The notes below the pieces were generated by a model. It did not search any database. It worked only from the letters and a program-made list of their open reading frames with translations, and was not told the DNA's origin. This document shows positions 48,502 to 53,048 of a DNA stretch of 53,048 nt, piece after piece. The translations under genes and the position numbers were made by a program. The stretch covers positions 1 to 53,048 of the IMG/VR virus record IMGVR_UViG_3300042525_000250, one strand, 5' to 3'. Positions within the stretch are counted from its first letter, which is position 1. Each line of letters starts with the position of its first letter. This DNA is from a virus (taxonomy: Duplodnaviria; Caudoviricetes).

Positions 48502-49593
48502 TTAACCTGTTGTGTTAATTGAACCCCAGTTAGGGGTTTGGGCTGTATCTATGGTGCCCCAGTTAGCAGTTTGTATGGTGGATATATTACCCCAATTTGC
48601 AGTCTGTGTATCATCAATTTGTTCCCATAAATTACGCCATGTAACAACATCAACCGCATAAACTACTTCGTTTATAACAACTGAGAATTGACCTCCGCCA
48701 ACCGCAAAAGATACTGCATTACCTGCTTCTACTAATGAGCATATAAGCGTTGCAATGTTTGACTGTTCTGCTAAAGCAGATAAGCTTTCTGACACATCCC
48801 CAACCAACGTATAAATAGCTAATTGAGCATCAGAGCTTGATACAGACTCAGTTAAGTCTGTAGGTATAGACAGCGATAAAGTTTGCGCGTCTGAAGTGGA
48901 TACGCTTTCTGTTAAATCCGCTAACCAAGGAATAGACGCTGTTTGTTCATCAGTTGCTACAGCTAACTCAGATAAAGAGACTAGTAAAGATGCGGTATTA
49001 CTTATAGTGTCTAGAGCCGTAGCTGTTTCAGATACAGCACATAAGCCCGTTAATACTGATAATTGAGAATCCGTTGACGTTAAGGTTTCAGTTAAAGACG
49101 CGGCTAGGGATATTAAATACGCTTGTGTGTCAGTAGCGGTTACTGGTTCAGTTAAATCTGTTGATACTTCTAAGCTATTTACAACTACATCACTTGCGGC
49201 ACCTGATTCTGTTATCTCTAAACTATAACCTAGTGTGTAGGTCTGTGCATCTAATGCAGTAAGTGTTTCAAATAAATCAGCAGTAATATCACTACCATAA
49301 ACTTGCTCATCTACTGCAGTTAGCGTTTCGAGTACAGCTACAATTAGTGATGCTGTAGCTGTTTGTGTGTCAGTAGCGGTAAGTGTTTCAGAAACATCTA
49401 CATTTGAGGTTATCCCTACTAGCTGTATATCTGTTGCACTTACTGATTCTGTAAGCAATGCTGACGCATCTAGAGATACAGTCTGACCATCACTTGCTGT
49501 TAGCGTTTCTGTTAAGTCAACAGAAATACTCCCACTACTTACAATAGGTAGCGAAGCAAACGGAGTATCAGCAAATGCAGAGAAGCCAAACAT
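48502..49593 (-). CDS. Acidic repeat tail/fibre-associated protein
   Basis: MFG..AF...PF start, ~20-aa LTE.....D repeats, C-terminal T.NW repeats. Confidence 0.7.
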   Translation of the reverse strand: MFGFSAFADTPFASLPIVSSGSISVDLTETLTASDGQTVSLDASALLTESVSATDIQLVGITSNVDVSETLTATDTQTATASLIVAVLETLTAVDEQVYGSDITADLFETLTALDAQTYTLGYSLEITESGAASDVVVNSLEVSTDLTEPVTATDTQAYLISLAASLTETLTSTDSQLSVLTGLCAVSETATALDTISNTASLLVSLSELAVATDEQTASIPWLADLTESVSTSDAQTLSLSIPTDLTESVSSSDAQLAIYTLVGDVSESLSALAEQSNIATLICSLVEAGNAVSFAVGGGQFSVVINEVVYAVDVVTWRNLWEQIDDTQTANWGNISTIQTANWGTIDTAQTPNWGSINTTG

Positions 49594-49601
49594 AGTTTAT
49601 T

Positions 49602-49994
49602 TTATGCAGCAGATTGAGCATTAACAATCACTAAAGCCTCAGCAACTAAAGCATCTAGTTGGTCAGCAGGGATTTGAGCTTTTAGCGCGTTAAGCACTTG
49701 TTTAGCTTTATTTTGTTCAATAGCTTCTGTGCGAATTAAATATCTAATACGGTCACGATATTGATAATCAGCCACTACTTGTACAGTTTCCAAAGGCACA
49801 TCAAAAGGTAATTCCTCTGTTTTTGTACTCATGTATTGCAAGATTTCAGCAGGAGCATCACCTTGTGGCATAGCTGCAAGCATAGCTGTGTAGTTATCAA
49901 TGTTGATTTGGTATTGATGAACTTCTCTTTCTCTATGTATTACGTTAAGAGCTAGAGTGTTGATTGTGTCTTGTGGGTTGATTGTCATGTACAT
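49602..49994 (-). CDS. Hypothetical protein (possible adhesin chaperone)
   Basis: Helical ORF immediately downstream of the propeller gene. Confidence 0.6.
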   Translation of the reverse strand: MYMTINPQDTINTLALNVIHREREVHQYQINIDNYTAMLAAMPQGDAPAEILQYMSTKTEELPFDVPLETVQVVADYQYRDRIRYLIRTEAIEQNKAKQVLNALKAQIPADQLDALVAEALVIVNAQSAA

Positions 49995-50007
49995 TTTTGT
50001 TTTCCTA

Positions 50008-51051
50008 TTAATTACTAAAGGTACTACCATTAGCTACGTTAGATGGTAAAGTTGACGGGTCAGCATATTTTGTACCAAAACCACTACTCCAAGGATATGC
50101 AGTTACATAAGGTGTTGTAGAATGCGCAACAATAATAGCATCACTAGCTGATGAAAATGAAACATCATTTCCAACACCGGCAGGTAGAGTTGACGGGTTA
50201 GCATATTTTGTACCAAAACCACTACTCCAAGGATATGCAGTTACATAAGGTGTTGTAAGCTGTGCAACAGCAAATAATGTTCCCGCGGCATTAAAATTTG
50301 TTTTTCTCCCATCACCAGTAGGTAAAGTTGACGGGTTAGCATATTTTGTACCAAAACCACTACTCCAAGGATATGCAGTTACATAAGGTGTTGTAGAATG
50401 ACTGATAACTATACTACCGTCTAAATTGTTAATAGTTACACCACGGCTATTACCAGTAGGTAGAGTTGACGGGTTAGCATATTTTGTACCAAAACCACTA
50501 CTCCAAGGATATGCAGTTACATAAGGTGTTGTAGAATGCGCATAGGCTATCACTGATGTAGAAGCATTAAAAGCGGTTGCATAAACAAGGCCTGTTGGTG
50601 CTGTTACTGGGGCAGTATATTTAGTTCCTTGCCCTGTACCAGCAACCCATGGAAATACTGCTACATAAGGTGATGTTGACCCACACAAACTTAATAAATT
50701 ACCGCCGTTTGAAAAAGCGCATCCCCCATTCCCACTCCCACCTATACTGGGGGATGTGTATTTAGTACCATACCCACTGGATGACCACGGGTAGATTGCA
50801 ACCCATGTACTATTACCGTCACTAATAGCTAGTGTATTATTTGATTTGGTAAAAGATAGACCAAATCCAGATGTACTTGGCAGTAATGCTGGACCAGCAA
50901 ATGCGCTGTTAAATCCTTTGTTCCAGTTATACGTTGTTACAAAGGGTGTTACCGACCTAGCGACTGCTACATATGATTTTTGTAAGTATTGGTTAGATGA
51001 TAAACCCATACCTAATGCGTTTAATGTACCAAATGTTGATATTAACGGCAT
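50008..51051 (-). CDS. Beta-propeller (WD40-like) tail-tip protein
   Basis: About seven 45-47-aa repeats of PYV..YPW..GFGTKY..P. Confidence 0.8.
   Translation of the reverse strand: MPLISTFGTLNALGMGLSSNQYLQKSYVAVARSVTPFVTTYNWNKGFNSAFAGPALLPSTSGFGLSFTKSNNTLAISDGNSTWVAIYPWSSSGYGTKYTSPSIGGSGNGGCAFSNGGNLLSLCGSTSPYVAVFPWVAGTGQGTKYTAPVTAPTGLVYATAFNASTSVIAYAHSTTPYVTAYPWSSGFGTKYANPSTLPTGNSRGVTINNLDGSIVISHSTTPYVTAYPWSSGFGTKYANPSTLPTGDGRKTNFNAAGTLFAVAQLTTPYVTAYPWSSGFGTKYANPSTLPAGVGNDVSFSSASDAIIVAHSTTPYVTAYPWSSGFGTKYADPSTLPSNVANGSTFSN
50051..50533. repeat. 69-bp core repeated four times at a 138-bp period
   Basis: Cores start at 50051, 50189, 50327 and 50465; identical except one base in the first. 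Confidence 0.95.
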
Positions 51052-51060
51052 AAATAAACC

Positions 51061-51999
51061 TTAAACAAACTTACTAACAGCAGCTAAAACTGTAAACGTA
51101 GCCGCGCCTGTTTTTATGACCGCGTAAGTATAAACATCAACTGCACTAACATCCCCTGTTGTTGGTGCACCCCCTTGCCATTTAGTTGTTACGCCGGTCA
51201 CTGTGCCATCTACTTGTACTACGCTATTATAAAATGCAGTAGTTCCATTAGTTACCATATGAGTCACTGTAATTGTTTGTCCTACAGCCATTGCAGTATT
51301 TAGAGTAGTTCCTGCTGAATGCCTTATGTTTATAGTCCAGTTAGCTGACGCATTACTTGTGTAATATAAAACTGACTGCGAGCTTGTGTAATAAGCAATC
51401 GTTCCAGTAGCCGCAGTAGCAGACACCGTAGTGGTTTCAGCAGCATTAGTTAAGATAGCAGCTAATGTAGTCGATGTTCCACTAAAAGTCTGTGTGCCTG
51501 TAAAAGTATTAGCTACATCCCATACTGGGATTTTAGCACCAGCTAAAGTCGTTGCTCCAGTCCCTCCAGAACCAATTGCTAAAGTAGCAGACAGCCCCGC
51601 AGCCGTCCCCGTTGTGTTTTGGTTAAGCGTTGGGAACGTACAATTTGTTAAAGTACCACTAGAAGGTGTGCCTAAAGGACCACCAGTATATAAAGCTCTT
51701 TCAGCAGGGTAGGTAACAAACACATCCTTAGTACCCGCAGGGAACGTAACTAAACTACCAGCGTTACTGGAAGCTAACACCGTATCTCGACTTAAGGTAT
51801 TCCCAATAGTTGTATAAGTACCAATCCCTACTTCCCAATTAGCGCCAGTTTGGTCTGCTATGGTGTAATAAGTCGTGTTTGCATCACCTACTGCTGAGGA
51901 GAATGTCTGATACCCTGTAGCAGCACCAGCTAAAGTAATAGCGGTAGTGCCTGTAGACGTAGTCGTTTCCTTAACTCTATCCGCTAAAACTAAAGCCAT
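51061..51999 (-). CDS. Tail fibre protein
   Basis: MALVLADRVKET.....GT, WEVGIGTY and AGTKDVFVTYPA N-terminal domain; shares GTPSSGTL..CT and FPTLNQ.TTG with 47079-48497. Confidence 0.8.
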   Translation of the reverse strand: MALVLADRVKETTTSTGTTAITLAGAATGYQTFSSAVGDANTTYYTIADQTGANWEVGIGTYTTIGNTLSRDTVLASSNAGSLVTFPAGTKDVFVTYPAERALYTGGPLGTPSSGTLTNCTFPTLNQNTTGTAAGLSATLAIGSGGTGATTLAGAKIPVWDVANTFTGTQTFSGTSTTLAAILTNAAETTTVSATAATGTIAYYTSSQSVLYYTSNASANWTINIRHSAGTTLNTAMAVGQTITVTHMVTNGTTAFYNSVVQVDGTVTGVTTKWQGGAPTTGDVSAVDVYTYAVIKTGAATFTVLAAVSKFV

Positions 52000-52008
52000 A
52001 CATCACCC

Positions 52009-52590
52009 CTAAACTGACGCTGTATAAGTAACCAATAATGTGTCGCCCGCTGTAACAGCACGGCTACCGCCAGTAAAGCTACCAGCTGAATAGAGAATAC
52101 CTGCACCGCCATTAGATGATGTATTTCTTGCTTGAGTTGTACACATAAGGGCGCCAAGTACCGTACCGCCAGCACCGCTAATGGTAAACGTAGTTGCTGT
52201 TGATGCTTTAGAACCTGCTGAGGCTGCGTTCCAAGCTGCTGTTGCTCTATTGGTAGAACTGCCTGAAATAGTGTAGTTTAAATACTCAAGCCAACCCGCG
52301 TGTGAAGCAAGCGTATCGCCAGCCGCGTAAGCACTAAATGACGCATTATCGACAAGACCCATATACCAAGCCGCTGTATAGGCAGATCCTGCAAAATATT
52401 TATCAAGTAAATCGTTTTTACCAACAGTTACGACAAGGTTTTTAATCTCGTCTTCCCATTTCAAGTTACCTTCTGCATCTAAGCATTTAACTTCGTATGA
52501 GCCTGTGATGTTTACTTGTTCATCAGCACTGCCACCACGGATAAGAGTTACGCCTGCTGAGTCTTGTGCATCTACTTTTTCTGAGTGCAT
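52009..52590 (-). CDS. Virion structural protein
   Basis: NLVVTVGKN, WY.GL and GILYSAG.F motifs. Confidence 0.7.
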   Translation of the reverse strand: MHSEKVDAQDSAGVTLIRGGSADEQVNITGSYEVKCLDAEGNLKWEDEIKNLVVTVGKNDLLDKYFAGSAYTAAWYMGLVDNASFSAYAAGDTLASHAGWLEYLNYTISGSSTNRATAAWNAASAGSKASTATTFTISGAGGTVLGALMCTTQARNTSSNGGAGILYSAGSFTGGSRAVTAGDTLLVTYTASV

Positions 52591-52599
52591 ATTTATGTC

Positions 52600-53016
52600 C
52601 TAATTGGATGAGCGAATAATAGCTGAAGTTGCTGTATTCGCCGGAAAGGTTATTGTAAAAGTTGAAGTTGTTGTTTTATCGCTACCAAAATCCAGTACAG
52701 CCACAGACCTATCGTCTTTAGAGCTATTATATATTAATGCCCCGCGTGTCGTGAAACTTGATGATGCCCACGAGATATTATCAAAACTAATGTACGCAGT
52801 TCCATCAGAGGCGTTTACTGTTGGCGCTACTAAGGTTTTACCTGTCGCTGTATACCCAGTGCCAGTAATTTCGTCTACAGCTGTATACTCAGTGGTGTTT
52901 TGGTTAAGCGTAGCGTTAGCTGTGTACAAAGCAATTTTAAACGTATCCGTAGTGAAATTATGGATAGCCTCGTAAAGCTCTTCTTTAAAGCTAGTTGTTT
53001 GGCCTTGTACTATCAT
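52600..53016 (-). CDS. Virion structural protein
   Basis: SFK.EL....H.F..DTFKIALYT and RGALIYN...VAVLDFG motifs. Confidence 0.75.
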   Translation of the reverse strand: MIVQGQTTSFKEELYEAIHNFTTDTFKIALYTANATLNQNTTEYTAVDEITGTGYTATGKTLVAPTVNASDGTAYISFDNISWASSSFTTRGALIYNSSKDDRSVAVLDFGSDKTTTSTFTITFPANTATSAIIRSSN

Positions 53017-53048
53017 CTAACAGGTATCCTTGCTTGACCGTTACGGTA
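53013..53048 (-). CDS. 3' end of an upstream structural gene (partial)
   Basis: Reads ...YRNGQARIPVR* with an ATGA overlap to the next gene. Confidence 0.45.
   Translation of the reverse strand, partial: YRNGQARIPVR

Noticed and set aside
50051-50533. CRISPR-like repeat/spacer pattern
   Set aside because: Repeats are 69 bp, the period is a multiple of 3, and the whole lies in an open frame encoding propeller blades; no cas genes.
363-52975. Numerous short antisense or alternate-frame ORFs in the track (e.g. 363-569, 499-702, 2346-2564, 24407-24859, 42357-42710, 52604-52975)
   Set aside because: They are shadows of well-supported genes on the other strand or frame.
1-53048. Stop-codon reassignment
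   Set aside because: Core genes are full length in the standard code and TAA, TAG and TGA all serve as real stops.

Overview
Most of a tailed dsDNA phage genome, probably podovirus-like and probably infecting a Gammaproteobacterium (judged from the dUTPase and NrdJb-type sequences and sigma70 promoters). The minus strand carries portal, terminase large and terminase small at the left (1-3812) and tail-fibre, lysis, nozzle and ejection proteins at the right (30054-53048). The capsid genes lie outside the window. The plus strand (about 4.2-30 kb) carries early genes, a DUF3150-like/MoxR-type AAA/VWA-metallopeptidase module, PolA, a stand-alone NrdJb, dUTPase, ThyX, a PD-(D/E)xK nuclease, an SNF2-type helicase and a primase-helicase. 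Standout observations: (1) six tandem, translationally coupled paralogues ending in YICEEE-like tails directly behind the AAA/VWA module; (2) seven copies of the palindrome AGGATATAC-N-GTATATCCT confined to the early region; (3) a DUF1566/CLec-type tail-tip gene whose 3' end looks like a DGR variable region, with no RT or template repeat in view; (4) a beta-propeller adhesin built from near-identical 69-bp cores at an exact 138-bp period; (5) an origin- or terminus-like element with long inverted arms. All family assignments come from motif recognition by eye, not from database searches.
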